Source: Escherichia coli
GTDB lineage: Bacteria > Pseudomonadota > Gammaproteobacteria > Enterobacterales > Enterobacteriaceae
DNA length: 64,000 bases
Strand: one strand, 5' to 3'
Assembly: GCF_024700885.2 (NCBI RefSeq)
Contig: NZ_CP117016.1
Position numbers and translations under genes: made by a program. The notes under the pieces were generated by a model. That model saw only the letters and a program-made list of their open reading frames with translations. It did no database searches and had not been told where the DNA came from. Below, one piece after another: positions 1 through 8,597 of the stretch (positions within the stretch are counted from its first letter, which is position 1; every line of letters begins with the position of its first letter).

Positions 1-256
1 GCATAGTGAAAACCAAAGTAAAGGTGTGCATTATGCAAAATCACAGCGTCTCTTAGAAATTAATCATGCGCACTTGCATTTAATGGAATTATTGGATGAA
101 GGGAAGAAACACAATATTTTTAAGGCAGATAGCGACCCATTGCAGGTGAATATTAATATTGCTGCGCTTGGGGGATATTATTTGATCAACCAGCATACGC
201 TTGGCCTGGTTTATCCAGTGCGCCGTAAAACCCCGTCCTTCAGGGCGGGGATATAA
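1..256 (+). CDS. 3' portion of a regulator-like gene entering from the window edge (possibly ytfA-like); last ~10 codons are encoded by the IS left-end hairpin
   Basis: Frame is open from position 2 with no upstream stop; ORF track lists 26..256; stop at 254-256 lies just after the hairpin at 231-250. Family assignment is a guess from the translated fragment. Confidence 0.35.
   Translation, partial: HSENQSKGVHYAKSQRLLEINHAHLHLMELLDEGKKHNIFKADSDPLQVNINIAALGGYYLINQHTLGLVYPVRRKTPSFRAGI
231..250. repeat. IS200/IS605 left-end subterminal imperfect palindrome (CCCCGTCC-TTCA-GGGCGGGG)
   Basis: 8-bp stem with one T-G mismatch and TTCA loop, read directly from sequence. Confidence 0.6.
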
Positions 257-271
257 GGCGCGGTTTTCCAC

Positions 272-703
272 CTAACCAGGTGTTTGCTGTTGTTCAATGT
301 ATTGACGGATGGCGGATATTGGCGCACCTCCGCAGCTACTGGCAAAATAGCCAGGACTCCACAAAACGCCTTTGTAGTAATACCTGACTGCAATATCTGG
401 TCGATCTCGTCGCAGTAACCTACTCGATACGCCTTTGAGGCTGTTTACCAGACTGGATATCGCCAGTTTGGGAGGATAGTTAATTAACAAATGGACGTGA
501 TCTGGTTCGCCATCCATTTCAACCAGTTCAGCTTCAAAATCAGCACATACCTTTGAAAAGTAAGTGCGTAGTTTTTCTTTCGCGTCATGGTCAAAAATCT
601 GGCGTCGGTATTTGGTGACAAAGACCAGGTGAACATGCATCAGGAAAACACAATGCTTTCCACGCCGGATATCGGTTTCTTTTTTCACAGACCAAAGTAT
701 CAT
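272..703 (-). CDS. tnpA: IS200-like Y1 (HUH) transposase TnpA
   Basis: 143-aa ORF with HVH motif (DHVHLLINYPP), KYRR motif and C-terminal catalytic-type Tyr (IRQYIEQQ); size typical of IS200 TnpA. Confidence 0.85.
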   Translation of the reverse strand: MILWSVKKETDIRRGKHCVFLMHVHLVFVTKYRRQIFDHDAKEKLRTYFSKVCADFEAELVEMDGEPDHVHLLINYPPKLAISSLVNSLKGVSSRLLRRDRPDIAVRYYYKGVLWSPGYFASSCGGAPISAIRQYIEQQQTPG

Positions 704-710
704 TTGACCT

Positions 711-1919
711 GTGAAACGATTACAGGCATTTAAATTCCAGTTAAGACCAGGTGGTCAACAGGAGTGTGAAATGAGGCGCTTCGCAGGCGCATGTCGTTTC
801 GTTTTCAATCGTGCTCTGGCGCTTCAGAATGAGAATCATGAGGCCGGTAATAAATACATCCCTTACGGGAAAATGGCTTCCTGGTTGGTTGAGTGGAAAA
901 ATGCCACTGAAACGCAATGGCTTAAAGATTCTCCCTCACAGCCATTGCAACAGTCACTGAAAGACCTTGAGCGGGCTTACAAAAACTTCTTCCGGAAGCG
1001 GGCTGCTTTTCCCCGATTCAAAAAGCGGGGACAGAATGATGCATTCCGCTACCCGCAGGGCGTTAAGCTCGATCAGGAAAACAGCCGTATTTTTCTGCCG
1101 AAACTTGGCTGGATGCGCTACCGGAACAGCCGTCAGGTCACGGGTGTTGTAAAAAATGTCACTGTCAGCCAGTCCTGCGGTAAGTGGTACATCAGTATTC
1201 AGACAGAAAGTGAAGTATCAACTCCGGATCACCCTTCAGCATCAATGGTCGGGCTGGATGCTGGCGTGGCTAAACTCGCCACGCTGTCAGATGGCACAGT
1301 CTTTGAGCCTGTAAACAGTTTTCAGAAAAACCAGAAGACGCTGGCGAGACTTCAGCGACAGTTAAGCCGCAAGGTCAAATTCAGCAACAACTGGCAGAAG
1401 CAGAAACGCAAAATACAGCGACTGCATTCCTGTATCGCAAATATCCGCAGGGACTACCTTCACAAAGTCACAACGACCGTCAGCAAAAACCACGCAATGA
1501 TAGTCATTGAGGATTTGAAGGTCAGCAACATGTCAAAGTCAGCAGCGGGTACGGTCAGCCAGCCGGGGCGCAATGTCCGGGCAAAATCAGGTTTAAACCG
1601 TTCGATACTGGATCAGGGCTGGTATGAAATGCGCCGCCAGCTTGAGTACAAGCAGCTCTGGCGTGGCGGTCAGGTGCTTGCTGTTCCGCCAGCGTACACA
1701 AGCCAGCGTTGCGCGTGCTGTGGTCATACAGCGAAAGAAAATCGCCTGTCACAAAGTAAATTCAGATGCCAGGCATGTGGATATACAGCGAACGCTGATG
1801 TAAATGGCGCTCGTAACATTTTAGCGGCGGGGCACGCCGTTCTTGCCTGTGGAGAGATGGTGCAGTCAGGCCGCTCGTTGAAGCAGGAACCCACCGAAAT
1901 GATTCAGGCGACAGCCTGA
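711..1919 (+). CDS. tnpB: TnpB (OrfB) RNA-guided endonuclease homolog, IS605/IS1341 type
   Basis: 402-aa ORF with RuvC-I (GLDAGV), RuvC-II (IVIEDLKV), Cys-rich zinc finger (CACCGH...CQACGY) and RuvC-III ([10 protein letters not shown]) motifs, all apparently intact. Confidence 0.9.
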   Translation: MKRLQAFKFQLRPGGQQECEMRRFAGACRFVFNRALALQNENHEAGNKYIPYGKMASWLVEWKNATETQWLKDSPSQPLQQSLKDLERAYKNFFRKRAAFPRFKKRGQNDAFRYPQGVKLDQENSRIFLPKLGWMRYRNSRQVTGVVKNVTVSQSCGKWYISIQTESEVSTPDHPSASMVGLDAGVAKLATLSDGTVFEPVNSFQKNQKTLARLQRQLSRKVKFSNNWQKQKRKIQRLHSCIANIRRDYLHKVTTTVSKNHAMIVIEDLKVSNMSKSAAGTVSQPGRNVRAKSGLNRSILDQGWYEMRRQLEYKQLWRGGQVLAVPPAYTSQRCACCGHTAKENRLSQSKFRCQACGYTANADVNGARNILAAGHAVLACGEMVQSGRSLKQEPTEMIQATA

Positions 1920-1975
1920 ACGTAGCAGGGATCCACGTCCTTCAGGGCGTGGAGGATGTCAACATATCAGTATGG
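1780..1975 (+). ncRNA. Predicted omega-RNA (reRNA) scaffold plus flank-derived guide for TnpB (inferred, not demonstrated)
   Basis: By analogy with characterised TnpB systems, where the guide RNA derives from the tnpB 3' end and right end; the RE hairpin at 1932-1953 lies in this span. Confidence 0.25.
1932..1953. repeat. IS200/IS605 right-end subterminal imperfect palindrome (TCCACGTCC-TTCA-GGGCGTGGA)
   Basis: 9-bp stem with one T-G mismatch at the same relative position as in the left-end hairpin, same TTCA loop. Confidence 0.6.
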
Positions 1976-2053
1976 TTTCCCCCCAGGCACTGGAAGCCAG
2001 ACGTAAGGTCATCAAAGAGACGCTCCTTAGCTGGCTTTTGGTTGATTCTTCAT

Positions 2054-2728
2054 CTACCGCGCACGAATAAAACTGCCATCCGGCTGGCGGGTAAACAGGA
2101 CCTGTTGATTATTCCCCGTATCAATGGTTAAGCCCGTCACCACGCCGCTGGCGTTCTGGCGGATTTTCACCATCTGCCCGTTTTGCAAATTACTCAGCGG
2201 CTTACCCGCGCCTTCTACCTGCGCCATTGCATAGACATCGGTAGCGGGCAGTCCGTGGTCGCGGAACAGCTGCGCCATCGTTTTACCGGGTTCGACACGA
2301 TAGGAGCGCCATTGATTATCAATTCCGCTATCTGGCTGGAATGGTTGCGTTTGGGTGGTTTGCGGCTGCTCTTCTGGCTGGCCTTCCTGTATAGGTTCTG
2401 GAGCGAGCGGAGCCACCTGATCAGGATCATTTTGTGGCGTGACTAATTGCGCCCGCAGCTGTTCTTCTGTCGGTGGTTGTGATTGCGACTGAATATCTAA
2501 CTGTGCTTCACGCGTCACCACCGGCGCGTTGGGCGTATCATCAGATGGAAGCAGAAATCCGACCACCAATACAATGGCGGCAATAATGATCCCCCGACGA
2601 TGCATCTGCGGCAGCGGGTCCATGAAGCGAAAATTGTCCGGCGCGTGCCAGACTTTCTCCAGGGTTGGTTTTAGTTCAAAGCGCCCGGGCATGGTTTCCT
2701 CCTGCTCCGCGTCTTGTTCCTCAATCAT
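2054..2728 (-). CDS. ytfB: YtfB-like OapA-domain membrane protein (cell-division associated)
   Basis: 224-aa ORF with N-terminal TM segment, Pro/Gln-rich linker and C-terminal OapA-like domain; position next to fklB matches the E. coli gene order. Confidence 0.8.
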
Positions 2729-2909
2729 AGCCTATGAATATGCTAACGCTATGATGTCCGTGGTAAACCCGCCTTTATTATATTCATACGGGATATTGCT
2801 ATTGTTTCTTTTTCCCCGGGATTTGTCATCATTCCCGCGACAAAGTTTTACCCAAAGAAGTGTGGCTGATATGCTGCCCGCTACTTTATACCCTAAGAAA
2901 GGAAATACG

Positions 2910-3530
2910 ATGACCACCCCAACTTTTGACACCATCGAAGCGCAAGCAAGCTACGGCATTGGTTTGCAGGTAGGGCAACAACTGAGTGAATCTGGCCTGG
3001 AAGGGCTGCTGCCAGAAGCACTGGTTGCAGGCATTGCCGATGCGCTGGAAGGCAAACATCCGGCTGTTCCGGTTGATGTGGTGCACCGCGCGCTGCGTGA
3101 AATCCACGAACGCGCCGATGCCGTTCGTCGTCAGCGTTTCCAGGCGATGGCTGCTGAAGGTGTGAAATACCTGGAAGAAAACGCCAAAAAAGAAGGTGTA
3201 AATAGCACCGAATCTGGCCTGCAATTCCGCGTGATCAACCAGGGCGAAGGCGCAATTCCGGCACGTACCGACCGCGTTCGTGTTCATTACACCGGAAAAC
3301 TGATCGACGGCACCGTGTTTGACAGCTCCGTCGCTCGCGGCGAGCCCGCTGAATTCCCGGTTAACGGCGTGATCCCTGGCTGGATTGAAGCACTGACTCT
3401 GATGCCGGTAGGTTCTAAATGGGAACTGACTATCCCGCAGGAACTGGCATATGGCGAGCGTGGCGCAGGCGCGTCCATCCCTCCGTTCAGCACCCTGGTG
3501 TTTGAAGTCGAACTGCTGGAAATCCTCTAA
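2910..3530 (+). CDS. fklB: FKBP-type peptidyl-prolyl cis-trans isomerase FklB
   Basis: Start chosen at internal ATG ([20 protein letters not shown]...) 127 codons into the 2529..3530 ORF, giving the expected 206 aa; purine-rich RBS upstream. Confidence 0.9.
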
Positions 3531-3838
3531 GCAGCGCATTCTGTTCCCCTCGAGCCAGAGGGGAGCAGACATTCAGCAATAAACCCTTCAGTTTGCCAAA
3601 CGGCGCTATTTTGTGTTGCAAAGACCCCGTAAGCGTGTATTTTTGTGAGCTGTTTCGCGTTATCACCGTGATATGACACTCACTTTAAACATAAAATTAA
3701 CATTAGATCTAAATCTTAGTATTCATCCCGCGTATTGTTACCTAATATCGATGAGTCCCGATACAGATTCGTCGTATCATAGATTGACTAAAGGCCGTAG
3801 AGCCTGAACAACACAGACAGGTACAGGAAGAAAAAAAC

Positions 3839-5251
3839 ATGGTAGATCAGGTAAAAGTCGTTGCCGATGATCAGGCTCCGGCTGAACAGTCGCTACGGCG
3901 CAATCTCACAAACCGACATATTCAGCTTATTGCCATTGGCGGTGCCATTGGTACGGGGTTGTTTATGGGGTCCGGCAAAACGATTAGCCTTGCCGGGCCG
4001 TCGATCATTTTCGTTTATATGATCATCGGTTTTATGCTCTTTTTCGTGATGCGGGCAATGGGGGAATTGCTGCTTTCGAATCTGGAATACAAATCTTTTA
4101 GTGACTTCGCTTCCGATTTACTCGGGCCGTGGGCAGGATATTTCACCGGCTGGACTTACTGGTTCTGCTGGGTTGTAACCGGTATGGCAGACGTGGTGGC
4201 GATCACGGCTTATGCTCAGTTCTGGTTCCCCGAGCTCTCCGACTGGGTCGCCTCGCTGGCGGTGATAGTGCTGCTGCTGACGCTCAACCTCGCCACCGTG
4301 AAAATGTTCGGTGAGATGGAGTTCTGGTTTGCGATGATCAAAATCGTCGCCATTGTGTCGCTGATTGTCGTCGGCCTGGTCATGGTGGCGATGCACTTTC
4401 AGTCACCGACCGGTGTGGAAGCGTCATTCGCGCATTTGTGGAATGATGGCGGCTGGTTCCCGAAAGGTTTAAGTGGCTTCTTTGCCGGATTCCAGATAGC
4501 GGTTTTCGCTTTCGTAGGGATTGAGCTGGTAGGTACAACAGCTGCGGAAACCAAAGATCCAGAGAAATCACTGCCACGCGCGATTAACTCCATTCCGATC
4601 CGTATCATTATGTTCTACGTCTTCGCGCTGATTGTGATTATGTCCGTGACGCCGTGGAGTTCGGTAGTCCCGGAGAAAAGCCCGTTCGTTGAACTGTTCG
4701 TGTTGGTAGGTTTGCCTGCGGCTGCCAGCGTGATCAACTTTGTGGTGCTGACCTCTGCGGCGTCTTCCGCTAACAGCGGTGTCTTCTCTACCAGCCGTAT
4801 GCTGTTTGGTCTGGCGCAGGAAGGTGTGGCACCGAAAGCGTTCGCTAAACTCTCTAAGCGCGCAGTACCCGCGAAAGGGCTGACCTTCTCTTGTATCTGT
4901 CTGCTCGGCGGCGTGGTGATGTTGTATGTGAATCCCAGCGTGATTGGCGCGTTCACGATGATTACAACCGTTTCCGCGATTCTGTTTATGTTCGTCTGGA
5001 CGATTATCCTTTGCTCGTACCTGGTGTATCGCAAACAGCGTCCGCACCTGCATGAGAAATCAATCTACAAGATGCCGCTCGGCAAGCTGATGTGCTGGGT
5101 ATGTATGGCATTCTTTGTGTTCGTGGTCGTGCTGCTGACACTGGAAGATGATACCCGCCAGGCGCTGCTGGTTACCCCGCTGTGGTTTATCGCTCTGGGG
5201 CTGGGCTGGTTGTTTATTGGTAAGAAGCGGGCTGCTGAACTGCGGAAATAA
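3839..5251 (+). CDS. cycA: D-serine/D-alanine/glycine APC-family transporter CycA
   Basis: 470-aa polytopic membrane ORF recognised as CycA. Confidence 0.95.
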   Translation: MVDQVKVVADDQAPAEQSLRRNLTNRHIQLIAIGGAIGTGLFMGSGKTISLAGPSIIFVYMIIGFMLFFVMRAMGELLLSNLEYKSFSDFASDLLGPWAGYFTGWTYWFCWVVTGMADVVAITAYAQFWFPELSDWVASLAVIVLLLTLNLATVKMFGEMEFWFAMIKIVAIVSLIVVGLVMVAMHFQSPTGVEASFAHLWNDGGWFPKGLSGFFAGFQIAVFAFVGIELVGTTAAETKDPEKSLPRAINSIPIRIIMFYVFALIVIMSVTPWSSVVPEKSPFVELFVLVGLPAAASVINFVVLTSAASSANSGVFSTSRMLFGLAQEGVAPKAFAKLSKRAVPAKGLTFSCICLLGGVVMLYVNPSVIGAFTMITTVSAILFMFVWTIILCSYLVYRKQRPHLHEKSIYKMPLGKLMCWVCMAFFVFVVVLLTLEDDTRQALLVTPLWFIALGLGWLFIGKKRAAELRK

Positions 5252-5295
5252 CCGCATTATCATGCTGGATGGCGCAATGCCATCCAGCTTTTAGA

Positions 5296-5958
5296 TCACT
5301 CACCCGCCAGTGCGCGCGGGAACAGCACATTATTTTCCAGGCTGATGTGCTCCATCAGGTCATCAATCAGTTCATTAATGCCGTTATACATCGCTTTCCA
5401 GGTGGTGCAGGCTTCCGGCGGCGGTGTGACGTTATTGGTAGTGTGTTTGATTACTTCCAGCAGTTCACCCGCTTCATCGTGCTCGCTTTCCATTACGCTG
5501 ATTGGCCCCATAGCCTGGCTGCCCATGCCTTGTTTGATCATCGGGAAGAGGATCTGCTCTTCTTTCATCATGTGGCTGGAAAGCTCTTCATGCAGCATAG
5601 TCAGGTATTTTGTCAGCCCTTTTGGCACGCTCGGTTTGTCGGCGTGAACGCGCTCGACTTTAGTCGCTTGCAGGATCAGCTCCGGCAGTTGCTCGCGGTG
5701 ACGATCGTGGTAGCGCACGATGATATGGTCGATGATTTCTGCCAGCGGGGCGCTACGCCAGTCTTTCTCAATCGGTTGTTCAGCAAGCTTTGCCAGCTCA
5801 GCTTCAATGACCTCAACATCCAGTTCTTTACGTGCCGCCGCACGCGCCAGCGTTTGCTTACCGCCGCAGCAGTAATCCATATCATATTTACGAAACAGAG
5901 CTGAAGCGCGAGGAATAGAGAGCGCCAGTTCACCTAAAGGTTGGTCGCGATAAGCCAT
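5296..5958 (-). CDS. ytfE: Iron-sulfur cluster repair di-iron protein YtfE (RIC)
   Basis: 220-aa ORF recognised as YtfE, with an NsrR-type operator immediately upstream. Confidence 0.95.
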   Translation of the reverse strand: MAYRDQPLGELALSIPRASALFRKYDMDYCCGGKQTLARAAARKELDVEVIEAELAKLAEQPIEKDWRSAPLAEIIDHIIVRYHDRHREQLPELILQATKVERVHADKPSVPKGLTKYLTMLHEELSSHMMKEEQILFPMIKQGMGSQAMGPISVMESEHDEAGELLEVIKHTTNNVTPPPEACTTWKAMYNGINELIDDLMEHISLENNVLFPRALAGE

Positions 5959-5984
5959 AGCTGATACCTCATTCTTAATAAGAT

Positions 5985-6007
5985 AAGATGCATTTTAAAT
6001 GCACCTT
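5985..6007. promoter_or_regulatory. NsrR-type operator in the ytfE promoter (AAGATGCATTTTAAATGCACCTT)
   Basis: Near-perfect 11-1-11 inverted repeat matching the NsrR consensus as remembered, about 30-50 bp upstream of the ytfE start. Confidence 0.6.
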
Positions 6008-6065
6008 TAAGGCAAAAGCTATAACCCTTACGTAGCAGAGGCTTATTTAACTCACTGCCAGCGTG

Positions 6066-7040
6066 TCAACTTTCTGAGACAGATTCAGTTAAAGGTTTTT
6101 CTGGTTTTGCTCTGACCGCAATGACCACGCCAACCACTAACATCGCGATACCGCTCAGCGTCATTAGTGGCGGCATTTGCTGGCGTAACAAAAAGGTGTA
6201 CAGCAAACCTGCCAGCGTTTCGAAGACAATCAGTGGCCCGAGAATCACCGTTGGTAATCGCTGGCTGGCGACGTTCCAGCAAAGTGCGCCGACCCATGAG
6301 CAAAGCACAGCTATCGCAATCATCAGGCTAACAAATACAAGCGGACGGGGGCCAAAAGGTAGGGAGAAGTCCGGCGTTTGCGTATTCAGCCAGTAACAAG
6401 CGACGAGATAGCCGATAAGCGAAACCGGCAGCGTGACCAGCGCCTGCGCCGTCGCCCACATCATCGGATGTTTGTCGGGATTTTCCCGCAGCCAGCGGGC
6501 GTTGCGCAGGGCATACCATGCCCAGCAGACCACGGAAACTAACGCCAGCACGATGCCAGAGGTATAACGTGCCCAGTCAAAATCGGGGAGTCCGTGGTTT
6601 AACTCAGCAATATTCACACTCGCCAGGCCGATGCCAATACAAATCAGTGCCGGGGCGAGTTTTCCCCACGCGAGTTTGCCGTCGCGCTGGCTATAAAGCA
6701 GATTGGCAAAGACAGGAATGACCACCGGCAGGGTGCCGATAATCATCGTGGAAACAGGCGCGCCAGTACGTTGAATGGCACTGGCAAGGCAGAAGTAATA
6801 AATGAGGTTGCCCATCATAGTGAGCATCAAGGCGGTAAGCCAGTCCCGACGCGCCAACTGACGCAGACGCACGCGTCCCAGCCAGGCAATGGGTAGCGCA
6901 ATTAACCCTAACGCCAGATAACGCCCCATAGACTGCAACATCGCCGGGTATTCCGGTACGATCAACGGCCCGACAAAAATAAGCCCCCACATCAACCCTG
7001 CTAACAGGGCGTACAGCACGCCGCTAATCATTACTGGCAT
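6066..7040 (-). CDS. ytfF: EamA/DMT-family inner membrane transporter YtfF
   Basis: 324-aa polytopic membrane ORF in the expected position. Confidence 0.85.
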   Translation of the reverse strand: MPVMISGVLYALLAGLMWGLIFVGPLIVPEYPAMLQSMGRYLALGLIALPIAWLGRVRLRQLARRDWLTALMLTMMGNLIYYFCLASAIQRTGAPVSTMIIGTLPVVIPVFANLLYSQRDGKLAWGKLAPALICIGIGLASVNIAELNHGLPDFDWARYTSGIVLALVSVVCWAWYALRNARWLRENPDKHPMMWATAQALVTLPVSLIGYLVACYWLNTQTPDFSLPFGPRPLVFVSLMIAIAVLCSWVGALCWNVASQRLPTVILGPLIVFETLAGLLYTFLLRQQMPPLMTLSGIAMLVVGVVIAVRAKPEKPLTESVSES

Positions 7041-7139
7041 CCATTGGTCTGTCAGAAGAAACGTTCAGGAAGCAGATATGATTGCTCCCGGCATCCCGTC
7101 ATTATCAGAGAGGATGCGGGAGGATGCCACTTTAATTAA

Positions 7140-8000
7140 CTACTTATTAACATTAAAAAGATTGCTTACGCTTTCGGCTAACGTTGTCGTTGGGCGGCCA
7201 ATCAATTTGCTCAGCGTTTTGCTGTCATCAAACAGACCGCCTTTCGATGCGCCAACGTCAGAATCCGCCAGCATATCCGCCAGTCCGTCAGGCAGGCCAA
7301 CGCTTTTCAGCGCCGCAGCGAAATCGGTTTCGCTCAGATTTTGATAGGTAACCGATTTTCCGCTCTGTTTGGTCAGCTCTGCCACTAACTGTGTCAGCGT
7401 CCAGGCACTATCGCCCGCCAGCTCGTAAACCTTGCCTTCGTGACCGGCTTCGCTAATCACGAGCGCCGCAGCTGCCGCATAATCTGCCCGCGTTGCCGAG
7501 GCAATTTTGCCATCGCCCGCGGCACCGATAAATACGCCGTGTTCCAGTGCTGCCGGGGCGCTGGCGAGGTAGTTTTCGGTGTACCAGCCGTTGCGCAGCA
7601 GGGTGTAAACGATGCCAGAATCAGCCAGCATTTTCTCCGTCTCGATGTGCTCATCGGCGAGGCCGAGCGGGGAGGTATCTGCATGTAGCAGGCTGGTATA
7701 AGCGATAAATTTCACGTCCGCCGCCTTTGCGGCATTAATAACATTACGATGCTGCGTGGCACGTTGACCCACTTCGCTGGAAGAGATCAGCAGTAGTTTT
7801 TCTACTCCCTGAAGTACAGATGTTAGTGCGGCTTCATCGCCGTAGTCAGCCTGACGCACGGCAATGCCTTGTGCTGTCAGTGCCTGTGCTTTTGCCGGAT
7901 TACGAACGATAGCCACTATTTGGCTGGCAGGAACCGTTTTCATCAAGGATTCAATAACATAGTGACCAAGTTGGCCAGTGGCACCAGTAATAGCGATCAT
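7140..8000 (-). CDS. qorB: NAD(P)H:quinone oxidoreductase QorB (YtfG), NmrA-like SDR
   Basis: 286-aa ORF with N-terminal GATGQLG Rossmann motif. Confidence 0.9.
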   Translation of the reverse strand: MIAITGATGQLGHYVIESLMKTVPASQIVAIVRNPAKAQALTAQGIAVRQADYGDEAALTSVLQGVEKLLLISSSEVGQRATQHRNVINAAKAADVKFIAYTSLLHADTSPLGLADEHIETEKMLADSGIVYTLLRNGWYTENYLASAPAALEHGVFIGAAGDGKIASATRADYAAAAALVISEAGHEGKVYELAGDSAWTLTQLVAELTKQSGKSVTYQNLSETDFAAALKSVGLPDGLADMLADSDVGASKGGLFDDSKTLSKLIGRPTTTLAESVSNLFNVNK

Positions 8001-8088
8001 GGGAAGTCTCCATCGTTTTGTCTTGTGTTTAAATACGCTAACACCTAAACTTACTTTTAGTAAGTACGTACAAAAAGGTAAGTATGAA

Positions 8089-8469
8089 ATGAGTCAGGTT
8101 AGCCTGTCGCAACAACTGAAAGAGGGAAATCTCTTTGCGGAACAGTGCCCGTCGCGCGAGGTGTTAAAACACGTCACCAGCCGTTGGGGGGTGTTGATTC
8201 TGGTGGCGCTACGCGAAGGTACTCATCGCTTTAGCGACCTGCGGCGCAAAATCGGTGGGGTGAGTGAAAAGATGCTTGCGCAGTCGTTACAGGCGCTAGA
8301 GCAGGATGGTTTTCTTAACCGTATCGCGTATCCGGTGGTGCCGCCGCATGTGGAATATAGCCTCACGCCGCTGGGCGAGCAGGTGAGCGAAAAGGTTGCT
8401 GCACTGGCGGACTGGATTGAGCTGAATTTGCTCGAGGTGTTGGCGGTGCGGGATGAACGTGCGGCATAA
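8089..8469 (+). CDS. ytfH: HxlR-family transcriptional regulator YtfH
   Basis: Start moved to internal ATG (MSQVSLSQQL...) for the expected 126 aa; divergent from qorB. Confidence 0.85.
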   Translation: MSQVSLSQQLKEGNLFAEQCPSREVLKHVTSRWGVLILVALREGTHRFSDLRRKIGGVSEKMLAQSLQALEQDGFLNRIAYPVVPPHVEYSLTPLGEQVSEKVAALADWIELNLLEVLAVRDERAA

Positions 8470-8470
8470 C

Positions 8471-8575
8471 TGCCGGATGCGCTGAGCTTATCTGGTCTAC
8501 GGTGCATGGCTTGTAGGGCGGATAAGATGCGCCAGCATCGCATCCGCCAATAAATGCCGGATGCGGTTGATGATT
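8471..8575. repeat. REP/BIME palindromic repeat cluster
   Basis: GCCGGATGCG... and GCATCCGCC... REP-like units between ytfH and cpdB. Confidence 0.55.
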
Positions 8576-8597
8576 TGCAGGCCGAAAAAGAAGTGTA

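Larger units (their letters stand above)
212..1965. mobile_element. IS200/IS605-family insertion sequence (tnpA + tnpB), boundaries approximate
   Basis: Divergent tnpA (Y1 HUH transposase) and tnpB, flanked by two related imperfect hairpins sharing CGTCCTTCAGGGCG (231-250 and 1932-1953); boundaries inferred from typical cleavage offsets, not mapped. Confidence 0.8.

Noticed and set aside
1949-2131. 60-aa ORF immediately right of the IS right end
   Set aside because: It overlaps the ytfB 3' end on the opposite strand and the predicted omega-RNA guide region; no RBS; probably non-coding.
2529-2909. N-terminal extension of the fklB ORF (track ORF 2529..3530)
   Set aside because: The extension overlaps ytfB on the opposite strand; FklB identity begins at the internal ATG at 2910 with a purine-rich RBS.
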